From Vicinamibacteria bacterium (GTDB taxonomy: Bacteria > Acidobacteriota > Vicinamibacteria > Marinacidobacterales > Marinacidobacteraceae): a stretch of 64,000 bases of DNA. Made by a program: the position numbers and the translations under genes. Below are positions 1 to 12,900 of the stretch, in pieces; position 1 is the stretch's first letter; each line of letters opens with the position of its first letter. The stretch is from assembly GCA_963422395.1 (NCBI GenBank), contig OY729431.1, forward strand, positions 672,001 to 736,000, in the 5' to 3' direction. The notes below the pieces were generated by a model. The model saw only the letters and a list, made by a program, of their open reading frames with translations. It ran no database searches and was not told the DNA's origin.

Positions 1-2
1 GC

Positions 3-2564
3 CTCGGTGGCCCCGGCGAGGTCCACGCCGTCGAGATTCCCCGAGATCACCACCGCCGGCCGCTGGCCGACCCGGCGGAGCTCCGCCGGACCCTCGCTCA
101 GCGCCGCGTCGCCGAGCGCGCGGAGCGGCACTGCCCGGGCGTCGGCGGCGTGGACGATCAGCTCGGGCACCGCGGCGGCGCGCGAGCGCAGTTCCTCGCC
201 GCCCCGCACCACGATGTCCACCCGGCGGTCGCCCTCGTCGAGCCGGGTGGCCACTTCGCCGCGGAGCTGCGAGCGGAGTCCGGCGGAAGCCTGGTCCACG
301 GTGAGGCCCAGGCTCGCAAGCCGGTCGGCGGCGAACCGGACCCGGATCTCGGGGCTGCCCGCTTCGGCGCTCGAACGGACGTCGGCGAGTCCGGGCACCT
401 GGGCGACCGCCTCCCGGATCCGGCGGGCGCTCGGAACGAGCAGCGAACGATCCTCGGAAAAGACTTCGACCTCCACCGGGCGGCGGAAGCTGAAATAGGA
501 GGGCCGCCCGAACTCGTAGCGGACTCCGGGCCTTCGCGCCAGCTCGGCGCGGACCTGCTCCACCACCATCGCCTCGGCGTCCTGGTCTCCCCGGTCGGCC
601 ATCACCACTCCGATCCGCCCCCGATGTTCGGCCCGCCCGGCGCTCCCGGCGAATCCGGCTCCGGAAGTGGTGCCGGCCTCGGTCGTCACCCGCTCGACCG
701 CCGGGTTCCCGCGGGCGGACTGGGCCACTTCCTCCACCACCGCGTCGGTCGCGGTCACTGCGGATCCCTCCGGCAGATGGACATCGAAGTGGAACTCTCC
801 CTGCGAGAGCGCCGGGATGAGTTCGACGCCGATGGCGGCCCGGCCTGCAGCCAGGGAACCGGTGAAGAGCGCCGCGGCGAGGACGAAGACGATCCCCGGG
901 TGGCGGAGCGCAGCGCGGAGCGCTGGCGGATAGGCGTGCGCCAAGGCGTTCTCGGCGGCGGTGAAGCCGCGGAAGACCGGCCGGAAGGGAAAGGCGAGGG
1001 TGCGCCCCGCCGCCCGCACCCCCCGGCGAATCCAGCCCAGCACCCGGGCAGGGGCCGTCCGGCGCCCGTCGAGCGCGGTTTCGTCGGGCGAGGAGGAGGA
1101 GGAGGCGCCGCGGCTGGCGAGCACCGGGATGAGCGCCAGCGAGAAGCCGAGCGAGGCGAGGATCGAGATGGAGACGGTGAGCGCCTGGTCGCGGAAGAGC
1201 TGTCCGGCGACGCCCTCGACGAAGACGATGGGAAGGAAGACTGCGACGGTGGTCAGCGTGGAGGCGATCACCGGGCCCGCCACCTCGGCGGCCCCCGCGA
1301 TCGCTGCCTCGGTAGCCGGCTCGCCTCCGCCGCGCCGCCGGTGGATGGCTTCGAGCACCACGATGGAGTCGTCGAGCAGCATCCCCACCCCGAGAGCCAG
1401 CCCCCCGAGCGACATGATGTTCAGCGAGAGCCCCATCTGCTGCATCACGAAGAAGGTGGCGATCACCGAAACCGGGATGGCCATCGCCACCACCGAAGTC
1501 GCCCGCCGGTCGCGCAGGAAGAGCGCGATCACCAGGATGGCGAGCAGGCCGCCTTCCCAGGCGTTCCGCACCACCTCGGAGATAGCCCCCTCGATGAACT
1601 GCGACTGGTCGAAGAGCACGGTGAGCGAGACACCCTCGGGAGCCGAGTCGGAAACCGCTTCCAGGCGCGCCCGCAATCCCTCGGCGACGCTCACGGTGTT
1701 CTGGTCCCCTTCCTTGAAGACCCGCACTTCGACCCCCTCGGCTCCGTTCTCCCGCAGGATCACTTCCTGGTCCTTGAAACCGGAGCGGATCTCGGCCACA
1801 TCCCGGATGCGCACCAGGCGCTCCTCGGCGCCCTTCACGATCACCGCCCCGATCCGTTCGAGGGTGTCGAGCTCGTTCAGAGTGCGGACCAGGTAGCGCG
1901 CTTCGTCCTCGTACACGCTGCCGCCGGCGAGGTTCACATGGTTTGCGGCCACGGCATCCCGAACCTCGAGGGCGGTGATGCCGTAGGCGGCGAGCCGCCC
2001 GTCGTTCACATCCACCTGGATTTCTCGGGTGAGCCCCCCCTCGATCCGCACCGCGGCGACTCCCTCCACCGCGTCGAGGTCCTTCTTCAGGTCCTCTTCG
2101 GTCCACTGCCGGATGGCTTCGAGCGGGAGGTCCCCGGAGACGCCGATGCGGAAGACCGCGTCGGACGCCGGATCGAAACGGAGGAGGCGGGGGCGTTCGG
2201 CGTCTTCGGGCAGCAGGACCCCGTCCAGCTTCTCCCGGACATCGAGCCCGGCGAAGTCCATGTCGGTGTCCCAGACGAATTCCAGGGTGACTTCCGAGGC
2301 GCCGGCCCGCGAGCGCGAGGTGACGCGGCGGAGTCCTGGAACGACCGACGCGGCCTCTTCGACCGGGCGGGTCACCAGCGTCTCGACCTCGATCGGCGCG
2401 GCGCCGGGCATCCGGGTCTCGACGGTGAGGGTGGGGTAGGAGATCTCCGGAAGGAGATTTACCGGCAGCCGCCCGAGGGCCACCAGCCCGAAGACGCAGG
2501 CGGCCACCGTGAACATGAGGGCGCTCACCGGGCGTCGGATGCAGGCGGCGATGATGGATTTCAT
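3..2564 (-). CDS. RND efflux transporter permease subunit (AcrB/AcrD/AcrF family), partial, runs off left edge
   Basis: Not in the ORF track (no stop in window). Manual translation from ATG at 2564 gives MKSIIAACIRRPVSALMFTVAACVFGLVALGRLPVNLLPEISYPTLTVET...EVETLVTRPVEEA, and later GMLLDDSIVVLE, both typical of the AcrB family. Lies downstream of an MFP gene. Confidence 0.93.
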   Translation of the reverse strand, partial: MKSIIAACIRRPVSALMFTVAACVFGLVALGRLPVNLLPEISYPTLTVETRMPGAAPIEVETLVTRPVEEAASVVPGLRRVTSRSRAGASEVTLEFVWDTDMDFAGLDVREKLDGVLLPEDAERPRLLRFDPASDAVFRIGVSGDLPLEAIRQWTEEDLKKDLDAVEGVAAVRIEGGLTREIQVDVNDGRLAAYGITALEVRDAVAANHVNLAGGSVYEDEARYLVRTLNELDTLERIGAVIVKGAEERLVRIRDVAEIRSGFKDQEVILRENGAEGVEVRVFKEGDQNTVSVAEGLRARLEAVSDSAPEGVSLTVLFDQSQFIEGAISEVVRNAWEGGLLAILVIALFLRDRRATSVVAMAIPVSVIATFFVMQQMGLSLNIMSLGGLALGVGMLLDDSIVVLEAIHRRRGGGEPATEAAIAGAAEVAGPVIASTLTTVAVFLPIVFVEGVAGQLFRDQALTVSISILASLGFSLALIPVLASRGASSSSSPDETALDGRRTAPARVLGWIRRGVRAAGRTLAFPFRPVFRGFTAAENALAHAYPPALRAALRHPGIVFVLAAALFTGSLAAGRAAIGVELIPALSQGEFHFDVHLPEGSAVTATDAVVEEVAQSARGNPAVERVTTEAGTTSGAGFAGSAGRAEHRGRIGVVMADRGDQDAEAMVVEQVRAELARRPGVRYEFGRPSYFSFRRPVEVEVFSEDRSLLVPSARRIREAVAQVPGLADVRSSAEAGSPEIRVRFAADRLASLGLTVDQASAGLRSQLRGEVATRLDEGDRRVDIVVRGGEELRSRAAAVPELIVHAADARAVPLRALGDAALSEGPAELRRVGQRPAVVISGNLDGVDLAGATE

Positions 2565-2700
2565 GGGAGGGGATTCAAGACCGGGGTTTCGGGTGCCGGG
2601 GGGGCAGTGGAGAGGATTTCAGGGTAGAGACTTCAGGGCCGGGACTTCGCTGGAGGGGTCCTCCCCGAAGCGTTTTCGCGGCGCCGAAGGCCCCGAAAGC

Positions 2701-3888
2701 TCAGTTCGGAGAGGCCGCCCCGGTTCCAGCGGGGTTCCTGCCAGCAGGTTTTCCGGCAGCGGCGGCCGGGTTCGCCGTCGGCGTCAGGACTTCGACCGGC
2801 GCCCCGTCAGCGAGCGTCGTCTGTCCGGCGACCACCACCTGCGCTCCGGCTTCGAGGCCCTGCGAGAATTCGAGGAGCGCCCCTTCGGGGGTCTCCATCT
2901 CGGCCCCGAGGGTCACTTCCCGCAGCACCGCCTTTCCGTCCTCGACGACGAAGACATGGGCCCCGGCCTCGCCCTGCAGCACGCCGCGCTTCGGTGCGAG
3001 CACCGCGTTCTCGCGGCGGCCGGTCTCGATCGAGACCCGGGCGAACGATCCGGGGCGGACGACCGCGCCCGCCGCCTGGGAAAGGGCCACCGTCACCTTC
3101 ACCGTACCGGTGCTCCGGTCCACGATCGGGCTCACCTCGCGGATGGTTCCGGCGAATCCGGCTCCGCTGACCTCCGACTCGGGGCGCACCAGCGCCGACT
3201 GGCCGGGAGACAGCCCCCGGACATCCCGTTCGGGCACATAGAGCCGGGTGATGAGGGTGTCGAAATCGGCCAGGGTGAGGAGATGCTGCCCCGGATCGAG
3301 GTGTCCGCCGGCGACCAGCAGCAGCTCGGTGATTCGGCCTGCGAAGGGAGCGTGGATATCGGTCCGTTCCAGCGCGAGTTGGGCGCTCGAGAGCTCCGAA
3401 GCCGACAGGTCACGGTCGAAACGCGCCTTCTCGTAGTCGTATTCGGAGACCAGCTCCTGCTCGAAGGCGCGCTCCTGGCGCGAGAGTTCCGCCTCGGCGC
3501 GCGCCAGTCGGAGTTCGGCCTGCTGGAACGAGAGCCGCCGCTCGCGCGCATCCACTCGGGCGAGCACTTCGTTTCGGGCCACCGAGTCCCCCTCGCGCAC
3601 CCGGACCTCGGTGAGCACCCCCGAGGTCTCGGACAGGATCTTCGCGGTGCGCTCGGCCTCCACTGCGGAAGTGGTCGAGAGGTGGACCGCCACCGGGCCC
3701 AGACGCGCTTCGACTACCCGCACCGGGGTCGGATCGGCCTCGGGCGCGGCTTCCGCCGTTTCTGCCCTCGCCTGCCCCCCGCCCGCTTCGCTCGTCTCGG
3801 CGGCATTCGGGATGACGACCAGGACGCCGAGGGCGAGGGCGCCGAGGACCGCGGCGGAGACCAACACGATCACGCTGATTCGTTTCAT
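2701..3888 (-). CDS. RND efflux periplasmic adaptor (membrane fusion protein)
   Basis: N-terminal membrane anchor, lipoyl half-motifs (SGVLTEVRVREGDSV; IHAPFAGRI), coiled hairpin, SPIVDRSTGTVKV, GLEAGAQVVVAG. SD-like AGGA upstream. Confidence 0.93.
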   Translation of the reverse strand: MKRISVIVLVSAAVLGALALGVLVVIPNAAETSEAGGGQARAETAEAAPEADPTPVRVVEARLGPVAVHLSTTSAVEAERTAKILSETSGVLTEVRVREGDSVARNEVLARVDARERRLSFQQAELRLARAEAELSRQERAFEQELVSEYDYEKARFDRDLSASELSSAQLALERTDIHAPFAGRITELLLVAGGHLDPGQHLLTLADFDTLITRLYVPERDVRGLSPGQSALVRPESEVSGAGFAGTIREVSPIVDRSTGTVKVTVALSQAAGAVVRPGSFARVSIETGRRENAVLAPKRGVLQGEAGAHVFVVEDGKAVLREVTLGAEMETPEGALLEFSQGLEAGAQVVVAGQTTLADGAPVEVLTPTANPAAAAGKPAGRNPAGTGAASPN

Positions 3889-3992
3889 GGCCTTTCCTAA
3901 CGGCCCGCCCCGCCCCCCGGTTCCCCGAGCCTCGCCTCCCGACCCCCGGAGCCTCCGCCCTCCCGAGCAGCAACCCGGCTCGCCTGCGACAA

Positions 3993-4022
3993 TTGGCTCG
4001 AACGGCCGGCGGCGGTTAAAAC
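3993..4022 (+). promoter_or_regulatory. possible sigma70-type promoter of tRNA-Val
   Basis: TTGGCT (3993-3998), 18-nt spacer, TAAAAC (4017-4022), ~28 nt upstream of the tRNA. Weak consensus match. Confidence 0.3.
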
Positions 4023-4049
4023 CAGGCTGGCGGCGGAAGTGCCCGCCCG

Positions 4050-4121
4050 GCGCGGTTAGCTCAGCGGAAGAGCACCTGCCTTACACGCAGGGGGTCACAG
4101 GTTCGAATCCTGTACCGCGCA
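4050..4121 (+). tRNA. tRNA-Val (anticodon TAC), CCA not encoded
   Basis: Acceptor stem GCGCGGT/ACCGCGC, D-arm GCTC/GAGC, anticodon stem CCTGC/GCAGG with loop CT-TAC-AC (TAC 4082-4084), T-arm ACAGG-TTCGAAT-CCTGT, discriminator A. Confidence 0.97.
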
Positions 4122-4601
4122 CTGGGGAGGATCCGATGACTTACGACGACGAAGCTGCCGATCTCCTGCCGGGCGGACGGCCCGTTCGATCGCTGCCGCG
4201 ACGAGGTCGGGGTCCTCGTGCTCCCAGAAGCGCAGCACCCGCCACCGCGCCGCCTCCAGTTCGCGGCGGTGGCGCTCGTCGCGTTCGGCGTTCGCCCGCA
4301 GCTTCTGGAGCCAGAAGCGGCGGTTCGCCTGGGGGATCGAACGGTGTTCCGGACACGAATGCCAGAAGCAGCCGTCGAGGAAGGCGGCGACCCGGGGGCC
4401 GGCGAAGACGAGGTCGGGCCGCGCCCGGCTCACGCCGCCGGCGACCGCCCGATCCACCCGAAAACGGAGGCCGCGGGCGTGGACGCGCCGCCGCACCGCG
4501 ATCTCGAATGGGGTGTCGCGCCGCGGGGTGTTGCGCATCCGGTTCCGCACCGATTCGCTCGGAGGCACCACGACCGCCGGGGGTTCTTCCCCCGCGGCCA
4601 T
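4095..4601 (-). CDS. vsr: very short patch repair endonuclease Vsr (168 aa)
   Basis: ATG at 4601. Motifs RMRNTPRRDTPFEIAVRR, RPDLVF, FLDGCFWHSCPEH, FWLQKLRANAERD, WRVLRFWEHE. Adjacent to a C5 methyltransferase. Stop codon lies inside the antisense tRNA. Confidence 0.92.
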   Translation of the reverse strand: MAAGEEPPAVVVPPSESVRNRMRNTPRRDTPFEIAVRRRVHARGLRFRVDRAVAGGVSRARPDLVFAGPRVAAFLDGCFWHSCPEHRSIPQANRRFWLQKLRANAERDERHRRELEAARWRVLRFWEHEDPDLVAAAIERAVRPAGDRQLRRRKSSDPPQCAVQDSNL

Positions 4602-4648
4602 CGGATTCGAAACGGCAGGACTCGAAGCTGGGTTCGAAGCGGTGGGGT

Positions 4649-6028
4649 TCAGCCGCGGCTCGCTGCCAGCTCGGGGCCGAGGACCGAGAGCGCCGCGGCG
4701 TAGCCGAGCGGCATCGGCACCGCATCGCCGATCCAGCGGGCCAGCTGGCTGCGGTTCGGCGGATTCTTCGGATCGGGGGCGAAGCGGTAGGTGTCGGGAA
4801 ACCCCTGCAGCCGGGCCGCCTCTCTCGGGGTGAGCGTGCGCGGCTCGGTGGGATGGACGAACCGCCCGCGCCCCGGCGTCAGGAAGCCGGTGGTGATGGT
4901 CGGCGCCGGGCGGTCTGGCCGCAGCCGGCCGTACACCGCGCGGTAGGTCGTGCCGTCGCGGTGGCATTCGGGCCGCTCCGATAGCCCCAGTTCATAGGCG
5001 TCGTTGTCGAAGAGCCAGGCGATCCGGGAACGGTTTTCCTCGCTCAGTTGCGCGACGGAGTGGAGCGGGTCTTTCGCATCGGTCTCTTCATCGGTCCCTT
5101 CGAGGTCGCCGATCGCCCACCAGAGCGGGCGCGGATCGGCCTCCGCGAGCCCGATCCGCAGCGCGGCGAATGCAATCGGCGATCCGGACCGGCGGGCGGC
5201 CAGGAAGAAGCGGCGCCGGGTCTGCGGCCACCCCATCCGATCGGCGGCGAGCACGCCGGTCTCGACCCGATAGCCGGCGGCTTCGAGCAGACCGCGGGCG
5301 GAATCCACCACCCGCGCCCGGTCGTTCTGGACCGCGGGCACATTCTCGATCAGCACCATCCGCGCCCCGGCCGCCACCGCGAACGCCGGCACCGCGAGGT
5401 AGAGGTAGTTGCGGGGGTCTTCCCGCCGGGTGTGGTTGTTCAGGTTCGAGTGCCCCTCGCACGGCGGTCCGGCCATCACCAGGTCCACCCCGCGGACCGC
5501 CTCGGCCAGTTCCTCGTCGAGGAACTCGGGGGGATAGACGAACTCGGCACCGCCCGACCCGCGGCGCACCCGGTAGTCGAGGAGATCGGCGACCGACGCC
5601 GTGCTCACCCGTCTCGCCGGGTGGTTCGCGGCATACACCGCCGCCGCCCCCCGGTCGAGATCGGCGATCAGCTCCCACCGTCCCCGGATCCCGGCCTCGT
5701 CGAGCAGCTGTCGAACCCCGAGCGCGAGCCCGCCGCTGCCGCAGAAGAGATCGGCGATGCGCAGGACGCCGCGCCCCGAGGGTCGGGCCGCGGGGCGGAG
5801 CCCGCCGAGGTAAGCCTGCCACCAGGCATCCTTCGCCGCCTTCGGGTCGGAGTTCGCGTCGGAGCTGGCATCGAAGGCCGCCCCGTCGAGCCCCGCCCTC
5901 AGCTCGGCTCCCCCCGTCCCGAGCCGCACCCGGTGGAACAGCCCCCCGGGTCTCGTCCGGTATTCCTCGCCCACCGGACCCCGCGGCAGCAGCAAACGGG
6001 GGGTGCCCGCTGCCGCGAGCGGGCTCAC
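4649..6028 (-). CDS. dcm: DNA (cytosine-5) methyltransferase (459 aa)
   Basis: Motif I ADLFCGSGG, IV GPPCEGHS, VI IENV, VIII QTRRRFF, IX RTLTPREAARLQGFPD, X IGDAVP. GTG start at 6028 overlaps the upstream stop (GTGA). Confidence 0.93.
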   Translation of the reverse strand: MSPLAAAGTPRLLLPRGPVGEEYRTRPGGLFHRVRLGTGGAELRAGLDGAAFDASSDANSDPKAAKDAWWQAYLGGLRPAARPSGRGVLRIADLFCGSGGLALGVRQLLDEAGIRGRWELIADLDRGAAAVYAANHPARRVSTASVADLLDYRVRRGSGGAEFVYPPEFLDEELAEAVRGVDLVMAGPPCEGHSNLNNHTRREDPRNYLYLAVPAFAVAAGARMVLIENVPAVQNDRARVVDSARGLLEAAGYRVETGVLAADRMGWPQTRRRFFLAARRSGSPIAFAALRIGLAEADPRPLWWAIGDLEGTDEETDAKDPLHSVAQLSEENRSRIAWLFDNDAYELGLSERPECHRDGTTYRAVYGRLRPDRPAPTITTGFLTPGRGRFVHPTEPRTLTPREAARLQGFPDTYRFAPDPKNPPNRSQLARWIGDAVPMPLGYAAALSVLGPELAASRG

Positions 6029-6780
6029 CGTTCGGCCTGCCGTTCGTCGAAGGCGGCTCTGAGCTCGCCGACGAACTCGTCGGCCTCCCGGTCGTCGTAG
6101 AGGCTCAGCAGCACATTGGAGCGGACCCGCCGGATCCACTTGACGAACTCGCGGAGGGGTTTCGTGGTGAGCTGGCGGTCGCGCTGCATCCGGGCGAACG
6201 CCCGCACCACCGCCGGCGATGCCGAGGTCTGGACGCGGATGACATGGCTGCGCCAGAAGTCGGTCGCCTTCGGCAGCGCCGCCAGCTCCCGATATTGCCG
6301 CTGCGGATCCTCATGGCCGCCGAGTGCCAGGATCCGCCGGTACATCCGGGGGAGGACGCATTCGTTCGGCGCTCTGCCGTCGAAGTACTTCCTAAAAGGA
6401 GTCGGATCGTCCTTGCGGAACGCCTTGTACTCCCTCCACTCGATGAAGCGCCAGAAGCCGTCGAACCCGACGCTCAGATAGCGCCAGAAGCCGGGATCGT
6501 CGAGTACGGCCGGGTCCACTCCTGCGAGCGCCTCGAAGAGCCGGACGGCGGCTTCTCCCTCGATCCGATCCCGGTCCTTCACCCCCTCGCGAGCGAGCGC
6601 GCCGATCTCGCGCGCCGCGCGGCGGATCGGTTTCAGGTCGAGGTCGTCACCGTCCCCCTTCCAGACGATTTGGGCTTCGAGCCGGGCGTTGTCCTGGGCT
6701 TCGCTATCGATCCCCTGTCCGGCGAGCCGTTCTTCGGCGAGTTCGAGGCAGGGACGCAACGGCAGGGTGGGGTAGCGCAC
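6025..6780 (-). CDS. hypothetical protein, DUF6339-like (251 aa)
   Basis: Pattern EAAVRLFEAL..A.LDDPGFWRYLS...W, NECVLPRMY and LREFVKWIRR resembles DUF6339 proteins found near RM genes (recalled, not searched). Translationally coupled to dcm. Confidence 0.6.
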   Translation of the reverse strand: MRYPTLPLRPCLELAEERLAGQGIDSEAQDNARLEAQIVWKGDGDDLDLKPIRRAAREIGALAREGVKDRDRIEGEAAVRLFEALAGVDPAVLDDPGFWRYLSVGFDGFWRFIEWREYKAFRKDDPTPFRKYFDGRAPNECVLPRMYRRILALGGHEDPQRQYRELAALPKATDFWRSHVIRVQTSASPAVVRAFARMQRDRQLTTKPLREFVKWIRRVRSNVLLSLYDDREADEFVGELRAAFDERQAER

Positions 6781-6794
6781 GCTGTTCTGTCCTT

Positions 6795-7786
6795 TCAGGC
6801 TCTGTCGCGAATCGCTTCGAGCATCACAGAGCGCATCCCGATCGCGCCTTCAGCCGCAGAGATCGTCTTTTCCAGGTTTCCGTAGCGCAGTTCGTTCAGC
6901 CAGTCTTCGCAGCGGCGGACCGGCGCCTTCTTTCCCGCGATCGTCCGCACCACCCGGCCCAGCAGCGAATCCCGGAGTTCTCCCCATTCGCGGTCCTCCC
7001 ACTCGCCGCGGTTCCCGCAGGCGTCGGTGAGCACCGCCCGCAGGAAGAACCCCGCCAGTTCCGTCTGCATCGAGCGGCTGATCGGCGCCTTCGGCCGGTT
7101 TGCGAACTCATCGTAGAGGTCGCTGTCCAGATAGAGCTCCGGCGGCTCTGGGTCGTTCTGCTCCCAGGTCGATTCGTGAAACCGGACATGCCGGACGGCC
7201 TCCGGGGTCAAGCCCAGCTCCTTCCGTCCGGCGGCGGTCAGTGGGCGGGGCCGGAAGAGGTCCTTCGCATACTCGGTAGCGATCGTGAAGCGGACTCGGG
7301 GGAGCCAGGTTCCCTTCCGCCAGGGCGAGAGCACCTTCTTCGGGGCGCGCTCGTCCAGGAGCAGGTAGGCATCCACCCGCCCGCCCCGCGAGCCGGTGCG
7401 GAGGCCGGCGGGGCGCCGCTCGCCGGAGCCCAGATCGAGGATCCGTTCCAGGGAATCGAGGCGGTCGAGGCGGTGCTCGAACACTCGGTCCATGAGGCTG
7501 AGGTAGCGGCTGGTCACCGTAACCATCAGCGCCAGCGGCGCCGGTTTCCCCCAAACTCCTTCCAGCTCCGCCGCGGCCTGGCGCAACTTTCCGCGGAAGC
7601 CGTCGAAGCCGGTCTCCGGGCACCACTCGAGCACGACCGGCTGCTGTGCGTAGCTCTCCGAGGCCTCCCAGAGAAGCCGGGAATCCGCCTCGCAGGTTTT
7701 CCCTCCGAAGCGGAGGACGGCGGCGTCGAAAACGCCTTCGGCGGGTTCGGGGATGCGGAAGGGCCGCGCCTCGCGGGTCTCCCGGT

Positions 7787-7790
<4 letters not shown>
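6795..7790 (-). CDS. hypothetical protein (331 aa), no recognisable domain
   Basis: Protein-like composition. ATGA overlap with the upstream GHKL gene; 14-nt gap to the next gene. Confidence 0.75.
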
Positions 7791-9748
<1,958 letters not shown>

Positions 9749-9901
9749 GGGAGGTCTCGGAGGGGGAAGTTTTCGCTGGAACGGTCCCGGCTCATGCCGG
9801 CGGATTCATCGAGGAACCCGGCGCCGATGGCCCGCACTCAGCCGGATTATGCCCTGCCAGTCCCCGATCCGGCACTCGAAAATTCCGCAGTTGCGGCGGC
9901 T

Positions 9902-12900
9902 TCACACCTTCAGGTCGGGAGAGATCCCGGCGAGGCGCTCGTTCAGCTTGCGCCTCGTTTCGGCGCCGGCTTCCTCGTCCATCTCCAGTGCGATCCGGAA
10001 CCGCAGGTCGTAGCCCGCGCTCAGCGCGGCGAGCTCGGGCGCCCGATCGGCGAGATCCTGCAGCTGGTGGATTTCCAGGACTGCCGCCCTCCTCGGCGGC
10101 GGATGCACCGCGTCAGGCAGCGGCGAACCGTCAGGTGTGGAAACGGCTCTCGGGGCCGGGGCCCGCAAGCGCAGCTGCCCGGCCTGATCGAACGGACAGT
10201 CCACCGCGCCGGCCTCGATCTCGAGCCAGCGGGCGTTCACCGCAGCCCGGATGCTCGCCCGCACGAGGCCCCACGGGAGAACCGCCCTGCGCTTTTGCGA
10301 AAGTGTCTGGTTCAGGGCGATCCCGTTGGTGCCCCCGTCTGTCCAAGCCTCCGGCAGCAAGTCCTCGGTCAGCTCCTGTGGGGGGATTTTCTCCGGCGGG
10401 CGGTGGAAGACGGCGATTCTCCCTTCGAACACTCCGTCCGGGACCGGCTCTTGCCACAGCGAGGCGGGGCCGTTCGTGAGCCAGACGATTCCCTGTTCCA
10501 CCGCGCGCGCCGCCGCCGCCCGCAGAGCTTCGGTATCGCACGCCGGAATCGTCAGGAAATCCTCGAACCCCTCCCGAGGCACCGAAACCTGTCGTCCGCC
10601 GCTGAAGTAGTCGGTGAGACCGGCGAAGGGCAGGCCCCCGCCGTCCGGCCAGAGCCCCGGCAGCCGGCCGGGTTCGAGCAGCGCTTCGGGCAACCGGCTG
10701 AGCTTCGCCCGTTCCGGGAGCACCGCTTCGAGGTCCGGGCTCTTCGCTGCCTCGGGGTCCACACGCTCGCGCCAGAGAGTGCGCGCGCTTCCGTCGGGCC
10801 GGGCGAGGCGGGCCGCCAGCAACCCCTCTTCGACCCCGCGCAGCACCGTCTCCCGCACCAACTCGGGCCGCAGCAGCTTCGGGAGCCGGGGATGGCGGGC
10901 GAAGGTGTTCGCGAGTTCCGACACCCGGCGAGCGGACTCCCCCGGTTTCCAGAGCTCGTACGGCCCGTCGGGGAGCAGCGCCGCTGGCGCAAGCGCCGTC
11001 TCCTGGAGGCGCGCCCGTTCGTCGGCCCGGATCTGCTGGAAGAGCGGCCCCCCGTCGGCGGGCAGTCGGAAAGCCCGGATCTGGTCCTCCCGGTCCGTCG
11101 TCACCACCACGGCGTACGCCTGCCGCACCGCTTCGGGAAGCCGCGCCCGGGCCTCCTTGAGCAGCCCCCGCAGCCGCAGCCGGCGCGCCGGATCCACCGG
11201 GTGCCTTTGCTGATCGAGCTGATCGAGCTGCGCTTCCACATCTTCCCAGCCGAGCAGTGACTGCGCCGCGCTTTCCGCTGCATCGATGCCCTCCCGCGAG
11301 GGGACGGCCAGCACCACCGTGTTCCGATGGACCCGCGGCCGGTCCGGTCCAGTGGTCTCGTCGAGGAAGCGCCTGGCGAGCGCGCTGGGTCTTCCCGATT
11401 CGGACTTCGCCGCCGGCGAAAGCACCGCGAACCGGAACCGGTCGTCATCGGGCAGGTCCGCCGGGCGGGCCGGGAGGAGGTGCACGACCGCCCCCGCCGC
11501 CGCTGCGCCTTCGGTCAGCTTCTTCGCCTTGCGGATGGCCTCTTCGAGCCGTTTTTCCACCGCGGCGGCGCTGACCCGCTGCTTCACCGCCTCGTCGTGC
11601 ATCTGCCGCAGGTTCGGCCGGTTGCCGAGCCGCCACGATTTCGGCAGCCCTGCTGCGGTTCCGGCCGCTGCGCTTGCCGGTGCTGCGGTCCCGGCCGCAT
11701 CGTCTTCGTCGTCGAGGAACCAGGAGATATCCCGCCAGCGCCGAAGCCCTCGTTCGAGCTCGATGCGGTCCGGTCCGCCGCTTCCGATCAGCCGGAGGAG
11801 CTCCGGCGTGTGGGCCTTCTGTCCCAGGGGCTGCGAGTGGAGGAACACCCCCACCACCGCCTGCTCGACCTCACGGCGGCGACCGAGCGAGGGCAGTTCC
11901 TCCTGAACCCGGCGCGCCCGTTCCAGCTCGCCTTCGAGGAGCTGCTTCCACTCGGTGCGCTTTCCCAGCGTCTCTTCCGCGGTCGCCGTCGTCGCCAGGT
12001 CGGAAAGCGCCTCGGAGGGGCCCTGCCGCCCCGGCCTGCCCAGCAGCGCCGCCGGCCCGATCAGCGGGCAGTCGTCCCACTGCCCGGCCTCCCGAAGCGC
12101 GATGGCGAGGGTGCGGAGGATGCCGCGGGTTCGCTGAAACCCCTCCAGCTGGGTCCAGCGGCTGTAGAAGACCTCGGTGAGGTCGGGGTGGAACGGATAG
12201 CTGGCGAGGAAGCGCTCCTCTTCGGCTCTCGCCGCCTTCCGGATCTGGCCGTCCAGTTCGCCGAGCCCGCGGACCGCCGCGATCACTTCGGCGCGGTATT
12301 CCTCTCGGTTCGTCAGCTCCTCCGGTTCGAAGAAACGGCGGCGGAGCACTTCCGCCACATCCTCCTTTCCGACCGGCTGTATCCCCTCTTCCTTCTGCCG
12401 GCGGAAGACATTCGAGAGGTCCTTGACGAGCTGCTTCCCGGCGGCATCCGCCTGTTTCGCCGGGTCGGTGGCGAGCAGCGACGCCACCAGCGCCGCCCGG
12501 TCCACCCGGGCGACCGCCTGCACCAGATACTGGAAGAAGTCCTGGATGCGGTGGCGCCAGACCTCGTTCATCCCCGCCTTCTCACGGGCGTACATCAGCA
12601 CTTCGTCCACCAGGATCAGCGTCGCCAGCCCCTGTTCCTGCGGGCGGGCGATCAGCTTCGCCAGCAGCGGCTCCGCCGGCGGCGTCTCGCGTTCCTCGGC
12701 CTTTCCCTCGGCGTGGATCGCCCGCAGCCCGTCGTCCCCGGCGAGCTGGAAGGCGAGCACGCTCCAGGGGTGCCGGAGCGTCCGCCGCTCGCCGCCCGGC
12801 CCCCGGACATCCTCGATCCCCCGTTCGACATCCAGCTTGTCGAAGCAGAGCACCGCCGGGGAGGCCCGCGGCAGCGCACCGCCCACCGACTCGCGGAACT

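Noticed and set aside
150-2627. Long plus-strand ORFs here and similar antisense ORFs throughout (e.g. 13612-16242, 43586-46441)
   Set aside because: These are antisense or alternate-frame shadows expected in high-GC DNA. They have no motifs, and the opposite strand encodes recognisable proteins.
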